Source: Sphingomonadales bacterium
Lineage (GTDB): Bacteria; Pseudomonadota; Alphaproteobacteria; Sphingomonadales; Sphingomonadaceae
Direction of reading: 5' to 3'
Length of the DNA stretch: 64,000 nt
Assembly: GCA_031408395.1 (NCBI GenBank)
Contig: JANNWO010000074.1
Location: forward strand, 234 to 64,233
Of the stretch, positions 1 to 8,010 are shown in pieces. A program made the position numbers and the translations under genes. The notes under the pieces are model-generated. The model had not been told where the DNA came from. It made no database searches and saw only the letters and a program-made list of their open reading frames with translations. Each line of letters starts with the position of its first letter. Position 1 is the stretch's first letter.

Positions 1-270
1 CCAGCGGAAGCTGAGCGTCGTATGCCGGTAATCGCGGTCGGTCTCATAGGCGAGCAGCGGGTGATCAAGCGTGTCGGCGCTCTCCCAAATCAGCCCCACC
101 AGCTCGCCAGCCGTGTGCAGCTCAAGATCCACCCGCAGCGAATCCGGGCCGGTGGTGACCACCGATGCCATCGCGGGCCGCGGAAAGTTGACCGTCCAGA
201 AGCGCGGATCGAAGCGCTGCATGAACGTGCTTTCCTGCGCGCGGCGTTCGCGGGCGAGCCAGAATGCCAT
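1..270 (-). CDS. Partial CDS (first 90 codons, continues off the left edge) directly downstream of the GTA tape-measure gene. Probably a distal-tail/baseplate module protein; family not recognised.
   Basis: ATG at 270-268 on the minus strand, open to position 1. Begins MAFWLARERRAQESTFMQRFDPRFWTVNFPRP. Starts 15 nt after the tape-measure stop on the same strand. Absent from the ORF track because it has no stop inside the window. Confidence 0.5.
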   Translation of the reverse strand, partial: MAFWLARERRAQESTFMQRFDPRFWTVNFPRPAMASVVTTGPDSLRVDLELHTAGELVGLIWESADTLDHPLLAYETDRDYRHTTLSFRW

Positions 271-285
271 CGCTATCTTCCTTGC

Positions 286-867
286 TTAGGACTGTTGCAG
301 CGCGCGGCGCACGGCGCTCGCGATCTGGCGCGAGGAGCGCTGCATCGCGGTCGGCGCAGCCTGCCCGCGTGGCACTGCGACCTGGATCGCAACCCGCACA
401 TCGCGCGTCGACGCCCCCTGGCCGGTCTCGATCCGGCCTGACGAAGTTGGCACGAACACCTCGGGGCCGCGCTCGCCGACCAGATAGGCTTGGCCCCCCG
501 TGACCGGCCCGCCGGTGGCGCGCCCTGGCAGGCCGAACAGCGCGCCGACCGATTGCCCGAGAATGTTGCCGAGACCGCCCCCGCCGCCACCTCCGCCGCC
601 GCCGCCGAATAGCGAGGAAATGCCCGATTGCAGCGAATAGCTGGCGATCTCCGACAGCGCATTGAAGGCGACCCGTTTGAGGTCGTCGAACCCCAGGCTT
701 CCGCGCCGCAGCGCGCCGAGCAGGCCGTTCTCAAGCACATTGCCGGCGCGCCCGAAGCCGTCGACCAGCGATGTGTCGAGCGAGCGGCGCATCGTCTCGA
801 CATCGCTGGCAAAGCCGTCGGTGCGGGCGCGCACGTCGATCACGAGGGAATCGAAGTTATCATCCAT
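286..867 (-). CDS. GTA tail tape measure protein (RcGTA g11-like), short form of 193 aa
   Basis: Position after the chaperone-like ORFs. Contains an 11-residue Gly run flanked by LFG/GLPGRATGGPV..AYLVGERGPE motifs typical of short GTA tape-measure proteins. Its start overlaps the upstream ORF. Confidence 0.8.
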   Translation of the reverse strand: MDDNFDSLVIDVRARTDGFASDVETMRRSLDTSLVDGFGRAGNVLENGLLGALRRGSLGFDDLKRVAFNALSEIASYSLQSGISSLFGGGGGGGGGGGLGNILGQSVGALFGLPGRATGGPVTGGQAYLVGERGPEVFVPTSSGRIETGQGASTRDVRVAIQVAVPRGQAAPTAMQRSSRQIASAVRRALQQS

Positions 868-1060
868 GGGTATCGCGCTCCATCATGCGGGCAATCGTGT
901 CGCGGGACGGCGGGGGAGGGGCGGCAAGGTCGTCGGGGGCCGCCAATGCCACCGCCAATTCGGCGGGCGTGGCGGCCCAGAACTCGGCAGGGCGCCAGCC
1001 AAGAAAGCGGGCGGCAATCGCGCAGCAGCGGGTTGCGCCATCACTGAAACAGGCGGTCAT
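860..1060 (-). CDS. GTA g10.1-like small protein (rcc01693-like tail assembly chaperone family)
   Basis: 66-aa reading MTACFSDGATRCCAIAARFLGWRPAEFWAATPAEL. It is the C-terminal part of the artefactual 860..2110 ORF. ATG at 1060 forms an ATGA overlap with the g10 stop, and its end overlaps the tape-measure start. Confidence 0.65.
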   Translation of the reverse strand: MTACFSDGATRCCAIAARFLGWRPAEFWAATPAELAVALAAPDDLAAPPPPSRDTIARMMERDTHG

Positions 1061-1371
1061 GCCTCGCCCTGGAGTACCTGTGCGAGCACGGCGCGGACCG
1101 GTCCTGTGGCGCCGACCAGCCCCATCGTCAGCACCGCCTGACCGACCGCGACCCGCTCGGGCCGGCCTTCGCTGAGCAGGCAATGCCACAGCAGCGCGGT
1201 CATCTCGGTCAGCGTGAGCGTGCAGTGCGCGGCCCGCTCGACCAGCGCGAACAGCGATCCCAGCTCGCTCTCGGCCAGCACCAGGTTCTCGAAGCTGGGA
1301 CGCAGCACGTAGGTCATGCCGCCGACAACCAGGGCCGCCTCGCCGCGCAACGGGTTGGGGGCAGGCATCAC
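1057..1371 (-). CDS. GTA g10-like tail assembly chaperone (gene transfer agent family protein)
   Basis: 104-aa ORF between the major tail protein and g10.1, with ATGA-type coupling at both ends. Size and position match RcGTA g10. Confidence 0.7.
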   Translation of the reverse strand: MMPAPNPLRGEAALVVGGMTYVLRPSFENLVLAESELGSLFALVERAAHCTLTLTEMTALLWHCLLSEGRPERVAVGQAVLTMGLVGATGPVRAVLAQVLQGEA

Positions 1372-1775
1372 GCCGCCACCACCGGTCCGGAGCTTTCGAG
1401 CTGGAGTGTGTAGCTGCGCTCGCCGTTGAAATCCCCGGCATAGTCGAGCCGCTGGACGAGGAACCGCCCGCGAAGCTTCGCCCCGTCCTCGAAGGACAGC
1501 TCGTAATCATCGAGCGTCCCGTCGAGGGCTCGGGTGCGCACCGTGTTTTCGGCCGTGCTGCCGAGGAAGATACCGGCCGCGCTGACCGACACCGAGCGGG
1601 TGCCTGCGCCGGACAGCAGGTCGCGCCAGCCGCCGGACTGCTTGTGGGTGACCACGACCGTGTCGCCGTTGATCGACAACTGCGTGGTCCTGAGGCCCGC
1701 AATCGTTTGATAGACGGGAGGCGTAGTCCCGTTGGTGATCTTGAGCAGGAAGGCGGCGCCGGATTGTGCGGGCAT
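1368..1775 (-). CDS. Phage/GTA major tail protein (TP901-1 family, g9-like)
   Basis: 135 aa. N-terminus AAFLLKI...TIAGLRTTQLSINGDTV and C-terminus YTLQLESSGPV are characteristic of GTA major tail proteins. Confidence 0.85.
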   Translation of the reverse strand: MPAQSGAAFLLKITNGTTPPVYQTIAGLRTTQLSINGDTVVVTHKQSGGWRDLLSGAGTRSVSVSAAGIFLGSTAENTVRTRALDGTLDDYELSFEDGAKLRGRFLVQRLDYAGDFNGERSYTLQLESSGPVVAA

Positions 1776-1787
1776 GGGTCTACTCCG

Positions 1788-2177
1788 TCAGAGGGATTCG
1801 AGAATGCGGAAGCGGTATTCGAGCAAGGCGGCCCGCCGATTGTCCGCGCGGGCCTCGCTGCGCGAGCGCAGGAAGCGGATCGAGGCGAGCTCGAAGCCCG
1901 GCTGGAACGACGGCAAGTCGAGCACGCGCCGTTCAATCGCCGACAGCAGCGAGGAATCGCCGGCAGTCGCATCGGTGTAACTTTCGAGTTCGAGCGCGAT
2001 CCGGATTTCCCGGCCCGCGCGGTCCTTGGTGCCCCAGTCGATCCCCGCACTGGCGGCGATGCCAAGCCACGGCGGGGTGACGGAAAGCGGGGCCTCCTCC
2101 TCGATCGCATTGATCGCGGCGAGCGCCGGATCGGCGCGCAACCAGGCGATCAGAGCGGCACGCAGGTCATTTTCCAT
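1788..2177 (-). CDS. DUF3168 tail terminator-like protein (g8-like)
   Basis: Internal start MENDLRAALIAWLRADPAL at 2177, preceded by GGGGAGAA. The track ORF's N-terminal extension to 2213 has no support. Confidence 0.75.
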   Translation of the reverse strand: MENDLRAALIAWLRADPALAAINAIEEEAPLSVTPPWLGIAASAGIDWGTKDRAGREIRIALELESYTDATAGDSSLLSAIERRVLDLPSFQPGFELASIRFLRSRSEARADNRRAALLEYRFRILESL

Positions 2178-2343
2178 CGCGGTTCTCCCCGAAGATGTCG
2201 GGCCACAGGGCACTTGCCGAGCGCCACTCGTGCCGCGCAGGCGTACGGCCGCGGCGCTCGGCGAGGAGTGCGGCAGCGATCTTTGCGGCGCGTTCGCGCA
2301 GGCGCTGGAGCAGTTCTGGGGTGCTCCCTGAGGCCTTGATCAT
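2167..2343 (-). CDS. 58-aa ORF occupying the g7 (stopper/head-closure) slot; function unknown
   Basis: ATG at 2343 overlaps the g6 stop by 1 nt (TGATG), and the stop overlaps the g8 start by 11 nt. Third codon positions are strongly G/C-biased, as in the neighbouring genes. Confidence 0.3.
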   Translation of the reverse strand: MIKASGSTPELLQRLRERAAKIAAALLAERRGRTPARHEWRSASALWPDIFGENRDGK

Positions 2344-2885
2344 CAGAGCCGAACCTCGCGCCACGGCCGCCACAAGGCGGTGACGGTGGCGGGCGGGATC
2401 GCGGCCGCCTTGTCGTCGCGGCTGCGGAAATGGTGCGCGGCAAGGCGGATCATGCCGTGCCGCAGCGGGGGCGGTAGACTGGCCCAGTCATTCGCGATCC
2501 CGACCACCAGACGCAGTGCCAGCCCACTTCCCTCAAGGGGTCGCAACAGCTGGATGCAGGCGCTCCCGGCGATGCGCCATTCGAGCACGTCGGTAAGCGT
2601 AGCGATGGTCTGGCGGCTACCGTTCGCGGCGATGAGCGCTGCGCTGGTCAGCTCGCTCACCGGGCGGGAGATAAGCTCCTGCCACCCGGCGACGAGAGGG
2701 ACGGTCTCCTCGACCGTTTGGCGCAGCGGGGTCTTGCCGGTGAATGCCTCGCAGATGCTAATGCTGGTCTGGAGCAGTCCGGAAAGCGTCTCGTCTTCGT
2801 TGGGCCGGCTGATCCCCAGCCATAGCTTGAGCTCCGCCAGCGCAGCGTCGCCGGGCACCGGTGGCTGCACGATTATCCGCTCCAT
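2343..2885 (-). CDS. Head-tail connector/adaptor (phage gp6-like, g6-like)
   Basis: 180 aa starting MERIIVQPPVPGDAALAELKLWLGI. First gene after the capsid intergenic spacer. Confidence 0.8.
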   Translation of the reverse strand: MERIIVQPPVPGDAALAELKLWLGISRPNEDETLSGLLQTSISICEAFTGKTPLRQTVEETVPLVAGWQELISRPVSELTSAALIAANGSRQTIATLTDVLEWRIAGSACIQLLRPLEGSGLALRLVVGIANDWASLPPPLRHGMIRLAAHHFRSRDDKAAAIPPATVTALWRPWREVRL

Positions 2886-2919
2886 CGCGGTTTCTCCAAG
2901 AATGAAATCCGAACCAAAG

Positions 2920-3016
2920 GCGCCCGCATCGCACGGTCAGGCAGGGGAAACGGCCTGAGGCGATGCGGGCGCAAGAACCGGCGAGGCGTGCGAAGGGGTC
3001 ACACACGCCTCGCCGG
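2920..3016 (-). terminator. Two consecutive perfect 13-bp stem-loops in the capsid/g6 spacer (possible attenuator or partial terminator)
   Basis: Stem B: 2978-2990 CCGGCGAGGCGTG pairs with 3004-3016 CACGCCTCGCCGG. Stem A: 2920-2932 GCGCCCGCATCGC pairs with 2960-2972 GCGATGCGGGCGC. On the minus-strand transcript, stem B is followed by UUCUU. Confidence 0.5.
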
Positions 3017-3039
3017 GGAACGAAGCCGGGAGGGGCGCC

Positions 3040-4197
3040 TCAGACTTCGATCTTGAGCAGCTTGATCGCGTTAGAATCCAGCACCTTCCCGCCGATCCGC
3101 TTGGTCGCGTAGAAGTGGACGAAGGGCTTGTTGGTGAAGGGATCGCGCAGCACCCGAGTGGCGCTGCGTTCGGCGATCAGGTAGCCGTGGCGGAAGTTGC
3201 CGAAGGCGATCGGGAAGGCCCCGCCCGCCACATCGGGCATGTCCTCGGCCTCGATGACGGGGTAACCGAGCAGGCGATTGGGCTGGCCCTCGGTCAAGCC
3301 CGGCTGCCAGACGAAGGCCCCGTCGCTGGTCTTCAGCTTGCGTACGGCTGCCAGCGTCGTCGCGTTCATCACGAACGTCGCGCCCTGGCGGTGGCCCGCC
3401 TTCATCGCGTGGACGAGGTCAATCAGCTTGGTGTCGAGCGAGGTGCCGAGGCCCGTGGCGCTGCCTGTGCCCATGTATTGCACCGCACCGAAAGCGCGCG
3501 AATTGTCGTCGGCGGTCGCCTTGACCGTGTTGAGGAAGCCTTCGGGCTGGTTGACCCCGGTGCCTCTGACGAATGCGGCACCTTCGGCACGGGCGAACTC
3601 GGTCGAGATCTCATTCGCCAGCCACGCCTCCAGATCGAAGGCGGCATCGTCGAGCATCGCCTGGCTGGCAGCCGGATTGGCATAGAGGTCACCGGTTGGC
3701 GGGGCGATTTCGGCGAACTGCGGCGTCCCGGTTTCGGGACGTGCGGCTGCCTCGCTGACCCAGCCCGAGGCGATCCCGCTGGTCGAGACGAGCTTGCGAT
3801 AGCCGGAAGAGCCGGTCTGGACCACTTGGGCGATCGAGCGGATCGGGCTGATCTTGGCGAGCCGAGAGGCGATTTGCGCGTCGATCTGGCGCGGGACGGC
3901 AAAGCCGCCATCAGCCGGATTGATGCCATTGATCGACTTCAGTTCGGTTTCGCGGCCCATCCGCAGGTAGCCGTCGATGAAACTCTTCACTTCGGGCGCA
4001 TTGCTCGCCGGGGCCGCGCCGCCCATCGCCGGACGGGTGGCTGCACGAGCAACCTTATCGAGGCGCGACTTCACCTCGTCGACGTCGCTGCGCAAACTCG
4101 TGATGTCAGCTTCGGCCTGATCTTGCCGGGAGAGGATGTCGAAGCTGGCATCCATCGCGTCGGTGGCATCGGTGGCGGGGGTGGGGATAGTGTCCAT
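3040..4197 (-). CDS. HK97-family major capsid protein (g5-like)
   Basis: Long ORF with the typical N-terminal coiled-coil scaffold-like segment (DITSLRSDVDEVKSRLDKV) and HK97-fold body. The start is placed at MDTIPTP (4197). The track start at 4248 would add a Pro-rich PSPPPLPP extension overlapping the protease stop. Confidence 0.88.
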   Translation of the reverse strand: MDTIPTPATDATDAMDASFDILSRQDQAEADITSLRSDVDEVKSRLDKVARAATRPAMGGAAPASNAPEVKSFIDGYLRMGRETELKSINGINPADGGFAVPRQIDAQIASRLAKISPIRSIAQVVQTGSSGYRKLVSTSGIASGWVSEAAARPETGTPQFAEIAPPTGDLYANPAASQAMLDDAAFDLEAWLANEISTEFARAEGAAFVRGTGVNQPEGFLNTVKATADDNSRAFGAVQYMGTGSATGLGTSLDTKLIDLVHAMKAGHRQGATFVMNATTLAAVRKLKTSDGAFVWQPGLTEGQPNRLLGYPVIEAEDMPDVAGGAFPIAFGNFRHGYLIAERSATRVLRDPFTNKPFVHFYATKRIGGKVLDSNAIKLLKIEV

Positions 4198-4240
4198 GGG
4201 CAGTGGCCTTTCGGTTGAGGAAGGGGGCAGAGGGGGTGGG

Positions 4241-4663
4241 CTAGGCAAGCAAGTGCACCCGCGCGCCGTGCTGGAGCGGGTGGGTGACGAGACTGACCTC
4301 GAAGAGCTCTATCTCGATCAGTTCGCGCCCCGCCTCGGACTGGCGCGCCTGGCGGGTGCGGAAGCCGAAGCTGAGGCCGTTGACCTTGCCCTGGGCGAGC
4401 AGGTGGGCTGCGCGGCTGTCCGGACGGTCGATCCGCGCGATCACCCGGAGGCCGCGCGCATCCTCGCTGGCCTGCTCGATGAAGCCGATCGGCTGGTCGG
4501 GACGGTGCTGCCAGTAAAGCGGGAGTTGTGCCGTCCGTGCTGCGAGCGTTCGGGCGAAGGCGCCGCGGCGAATCGTGTCGCGCCCGGCATCGGCGATGTC
4601 GAACAGCGCGGCATAGCCGGCGAATCGGGTCGGCCGCACGGCGCGGGCGGTGACGGCGCTCAC
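4241..4663 (-). CDS. HK97-family prohead protease (g4-like)
   Basis: FAGYAALFD..D.GRDTIRRGAF and NGLSFGF motifs. In-frame GTG at 4663 forms a GTGA overlap with the upstream ORF stop. The track ATG at 4753 would overlap that ORF by 94 nt. Confidence 0.85.
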   Translation of the reverse strand: MSAVTARAVRPTRFAGYAALFDIADAGRDTIRRGAFARTLAARTAQLPLYWQHRPDQPIGFIEQASEDARGLRVIARIDRPDSRAAHLLAQGKVNGLSFGFRTRQARQSEAGRELIEIELFEVSLVTHPLQHGARVHLLA

Positions 4664-4965
4664 CAGATTTTCCAATCGCCGTGCCGCACCGCGATCCCGA
4701 CCAGCAGCAGCGCCAGCGCGCCGCGGATCGCCCATTCGAAGAGCGCCTTCCACGCGCTGGTCTTGGCATCGCGCCAGGCCTGCAGCAGCTCGCGCAGATC
4801 ACTAAGGTCGCTCTGCGCGCTGGAATCGCTTAGCCCGAGCCGTTCGAGCGCCCGGTCGGTGGCGAGCGCGCTTGCTTCCTCGACGATGGCGCGCAGGGTA
4901 ACGAGTTCAGCGCCTTCTTCGCGCGCTTGCGCCAACAGGCTGGCGAGTATCTCTGCTCGGCTCAT
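4660..4965 (-). CDS. g3.5-like small protein with a C-terminal hydrophobic helix
   Basis: Internal ATG at 4965 (MSRAEILASLLAQ) forms an ATGA overlap with the portal stop. C-terminus AIRGALALLLVGIAV. The listed 175-aa ORF extension lies inside the portal gene. Confidence 0.55.
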   Translation of the reverse strand: MSRAEILASLLAQAREEGAELVTLRAIVEEASALATDRALERLGLSDSSAQSDLSDLRELLQAWRDAKTSAWKALFEWAIRGALALLLVGIAVRHGDWKIW

Positions 4966-6119
4966 ACGGCGTTCTCCTCGGGCGGCAGGCCCAGCATCTG
5001 GCGCTTTTCGGCGCGGCTCAGGAATTCGGCGTCGGACACCTGCGACCACAGGCGCTCGCGATCCTCGGAAAGCGCCGGGACGCGGTCGAGATCGATCCCG
5101 AGCTGTGCGTCCGGGAACCACGGCGCAAGGCCCTCGCGAAGCGCAGCAAAGATCTTTTCGGCGAGCGGCAGCAGGGTCAGCCGCCAAAGCGCTCGGCTCG
5201 CCTCACGGTAGTTGGCGTAGGTGTTGTCGCCCGGCAGGCCGAGCAGCATCGGCGGCACCCCGAAGGCGAGCGCGATATCGCGTGCGGCCGCGCTCTTGAG
5301 CGTCGCAAAGTCCATGTCGGCGGGCGTGAGCGCCATGCTCTGCCACTTGAGCCCGCCGTCGAGCAGCATCGGACGGCCCGCGTTAGCCGCGCCCGAAAAG
5401 GCTATGTCGAGCTCGCGTTTGAGGCGCTCGAACTGTTCGTGCGCCAGGGTCGCCCCGTCACCCGTCTCGTAAACCAGCGCGCCCGAGGGCCGCGCCGCGT
5501 TCTCGAGCAGTGCGCGGTTCCAATGGGTCGCAGCGTTGTGGATCAGCACCGCTTGCCACGCCGCCTGGAGCGCGCCCGCGCCGCAGTGGTCTTCGAGCGG
5601 ATGCATCGCGCGGATCGCGATCAAGCCGGGCCACCCGTCCTCGTCCTCGACTGGCAGCCGGGTCGTGTCGCCCGCCACGCTGTAGTCGTAGGCGCACGGC
5701 CAGCCGTTGGCGTTAAGAGCGACTTGCACCCGGTCGGGCCGCAATGCGAAAAGCTCGACCGGCACCCCGGCGGCGTCCTTCATGATCTGGACGTAGCCAT
5801 TGCCGTGGAGCAGCAGGTTTGCCGCGAGCGTCTCGACCAACGATTGGCCCGCACTGGTCGCGGTCACCAGCGCGGCGAGGCGCGGGTCGGAGCAGGTGAG
5901 CGGCGCCTGCCCGATCCCCTCGGCAAGCAAGCGCACCGAGCGCTGAGCGATGGGGTTGGCGAGGAAGCCTTCGGTGATGCCCCGTGTGTATTCGTAGCCG
6001 GACGACGCGGGGCCGCATTCATAGGCAGGCAGCCAGCCCTGCATCATGCCGTTGGCGAGGGGCACGCGGGTCTGCGCCCCGCCTTTGAAGGCGGAGCGGA
6101 AAATGTCGAGCAAGGCCAT
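4962..6119 (-). CDS. Phage portal protein (HK97 family, g3-like)
   Basis: 385 aa. Gene order is TerL-portal-protease-capsid. Portal-like sequence (LLLHGNGY, GGLKWQSMALTPADMDF). Confidence 0.9.
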   Translation of the reverse strand: MALLDIFRSAFKGGAQTRVPLANGMMQGWLPAYECGPASSGYEYTRGITEGFLANPIAQRSVRLLAEGIGQAPLTCSDPRLAALVTATSAGQSLVETLAANLLLHGNGYVQIMKDAAGVPVELFALRPDRVQVALNANGWPCAYDYSVAGDTTRLPVEDEDGWPGLIAIRAMHPLEDHCGAGALQAAWQAVLIHNAATHWNRALLENAARPSGALVYETGDGATLAHEQFERLKRELDIAFSGAANAGRPMLLDGGLKWQSMALTPADMDFATLKSAAARDIALAFGVPPMLLGLPGDNTYANYREASRALWRLTLLPLAEKIFAALREGLAPWFPDAQLGIDLDRVPALSEDRERLWSQVSDAEFLSRAEKRQMLGLPPEENAV

Positions 6120-6185
6120 CGGAATTCCTTTGTTTGACTGGATTGAAGGGGCCGCTATCCTGCAGCGATGGACGGCGGCAGGGCG

Positions 6186-7526
6186 CTACAGCGCGGTGAC
6201 GCTCGGCCGCATCGTCTTCCCCAGCAGCAATTCGGTGAGCGCCCACACCAGCGCATCCGCACGGTCCGGACTACGCCCGGGTCCGGCGTAACTGCCGCCC
6301 ACCAGCAGCCCGCATAGCTGGTCCTCCAACCGCGCGAACATCCCGGCATGGCGCACCCTGCCTGCGGCGTAGAGCGCGGCGACAGGCTCGGCGCGGGCGA
6401 CCTTGCCGCGGCTCGCATGCACCAGCTTGACCGGCAGCGTATGATCAGCGGCGCGCAGCACGCTTTCGACCATCGCACCGCCCTGGTTGGCTTCGGCGAC
6501 TACCCGGTCAGCGTTCCACTCGCGCGCGGCCTCCGCGACCCGCTGCGCCCAAAGCGCGGGGGCCGCCCCGCCCATCGAGCAGTCCGCCAGCACCCGGCCG
6601 TTGCCATCGGCGCCAAGCGCTGCGACGATGATGCCGCATTCATCGCCATGCGCGCTCGCCGGCGGGTCGACCGCGACTACCACCCGCACATTCTCGGGCG
6701 CCGGGCCGTGCTCGCGCACATGTTCGAGCAGCGAGCGAGTCCACAGCGCCCCCTCGATATCCTCAAGCAGTTCGCCCTCGATCTCCTGCCGCGCCAGCTG
6801 CGTCCCGCCGAACTCGCTGGCGATCGCTTCAATAAACCGATCGGCGAGGTGTTCGGCATTGTCCTTGGTCGAGCCGCGGCTGATCACCACCTCCTGTCCC
6901 GCCGCCGCCTGCGCGACGATCCGCTGTACCAGTGGCACAGCGCGCGGCGTCGTGGTGACCGCAATGCGCGGGTCGTGGCCGAGCCGCAGGCCAAGCTGCA
7001 GGTTCTCCCAGCAGCGCATTGCCCGGTCATTTGCCAGCGGCCACTTGCCGATCTCGTCGCACCAGGCATGGCTGTGCTGCGGCCCGCGCAAGCCTTCCGG
7101 CTCGGCCGCGGAAAAGAGCTGCGCTTGCGCGCCGTTCCTAAAGCGGATGCGGTGCAGCGAGGGTTCGTAGTGCGGACGGTGCCCCGGTCGGCTGATCGCG
7201 AGCAACCCGCTCTCTCCCTCGACCATCACCGCGCGCGCCTCTGCGAGCGAGGAGGAGACGAGCGCGATGCGGGCATCGGGGTTGGCGTCGGCGATCATCC
7301 ACACCCACTCGGCGCCCGAGCGGGTCTTGCCGAACCCGCGCCCGGCCATGATCATCCAGATGCGCCAGTCGCTGGGTGGCGGGAGTTGCTCGGCACGCGC
7401 ATTGTAGTCCCAGAGGTATTTGAAACCGTTCTTCTCTGTCTGGTCCATCTTCCCGGAAAGCTCGTCCCGCACTTTGGCGCGTTTGGCGGGCTCACGGCCC
7501 ATCATCCAATCGAACTGCTCGCTCAT
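6186..7526 (-). CDS. Terminase large subunit (g2-like)
   Basis: 446 aa. Walker A-like GRGFGKT and a nuclease half with HGDECGIIV. ATGA overlap with g1. Confidence 0.9.
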   Translation of the reverse strand: MSEQFDWMMGREPAKRAKVRDELSGKMDQTEKNGFKYLWDYNARAEQLPPPSDWRIWMIMAGRGFGKTRSGAEWVWMIADANPDARIALVSSSLAEARAVMVEGESGLLAISRPGHRPHYEPSLHRIRFRNGAQAQLFSAAEPEGLRGPQHSHAWCDEIGKWPLANDRAMRCWENLQLGLRLGHDPRIAVTTTPRAVPLVQRIVAQAAAGQEVVISRGSTKDNAEHLADRFIEAIASEFGGTQLARQEIEGELLEDIEGALWTRSLLEHVREHGPAPENVRVVVAVDPPASAHGDECGIIVAALGADGNGRVLADCSMGGAAPALWAQRVAEAAREWNADRVVAEANQGGAMVESVLRAADHTLPVKLVHASRGKVARAEPVAALYAAGRVRHAGMFARLEDQLCGLLVGGSYAGPGRSPDRADALVWALTELLLGKTMRPSVTAL

Positions 7527-7984
7527 TCCGGTTTGGCCTTCGCCGCGTCCTGTCGTTCCATGCGCCGCCGGATGTCCTCGATCTTGCGGTCGATCGAGGC
7601 GCGCACTTCGGCGGTGCTAACGTCTCGGACCTCGCTCGCGCCGCCCGCCGGGCCACCGCGGTGTGCACCGAGCAGACGGATAGCGTTGGCGAAATCGAAC
7701 TTATCGCCGCTTTCGGTCATCAGTTCGCCCTCGCGCAGCCGCCGGATCACCTCCATCTCGAGGTTGAGGTAACCGTCGGCGATGGCGGCCTGCCAGGCCC
7801 TCGCGAAGTCGGGTTCGGCCCGGCGCGCGTCATAGGCGCGGACCAGGCTGACCCTCGCCACTTGCGCCGCGCGGGTGACGTTCGAGGTGGTGGCAAGCGT
7901 CTCGATGAAGCGCTTGCGCCAGTGGCGGCCGGGAGCCTGATCGCAAGGCTTGCCGGCGGACCGGACGGGCACACTGGAATCCAT
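7523..7984 (-). CDS. GTA g1-like small terminase / DNA-binding protein
   Basis: ATG at 7984 is preceded by GGGAGAGG. HTH-like segment FIETLATTSNVTRAAQVARVS. The track's TTG start at 8011 lies in the U-tract of a terminator. Confidence 0.6.
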   Translation of the reverse strand: MDSSVPVRSAGKPCDQAPGRHWRKRFIETLATTSNVTRAAQVARVSLVRAYDARRAEPDFARAWQAAIADGYLNLEMEVIRRLREGELMTESGDKFDFANAIRLLGAHRGGPAGGASEVRDVSTAEVRASIDRKIEDIRRRMERQDAAKAKPE

Positions 7985-8010
7985 TAGCACCTCTCCCGTG
8001 GCGGACAGCA

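Noticed and set aside
860-2110. 416-aa minus-strand ORF spanning several GTA tail genes, rich in Arg, Pro, Ser and Ala
   Set aside because: It is an alternative frame of a high-GC region. Only its last 66 codons (860-1060) form a plausible gene (g10.1-like). The rest overlaps well-supported g8-g10 genes that lie in other frames.
6348-7772. Long plus-strand ORFs antisense to real genes. Examples: 3115-4218, 6348-7772, 8206-9663, 25741-26835, 29833-32058, 35951-37540(-), 39831-41135(-), 42871-44508(-), 46414-48597(-), 49659-51353(-), 52162-53490(-), 54606-55748 and 60196-61353(-)
   Set aside because: Stop codons are rare on the antisense strand of GC-rich coding DNA. The translations are low-complexity Arg/Ala/Gly/Pro-rich with no motifs. 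Each is fully covered by an opposite-strand gene with clear family signatures.
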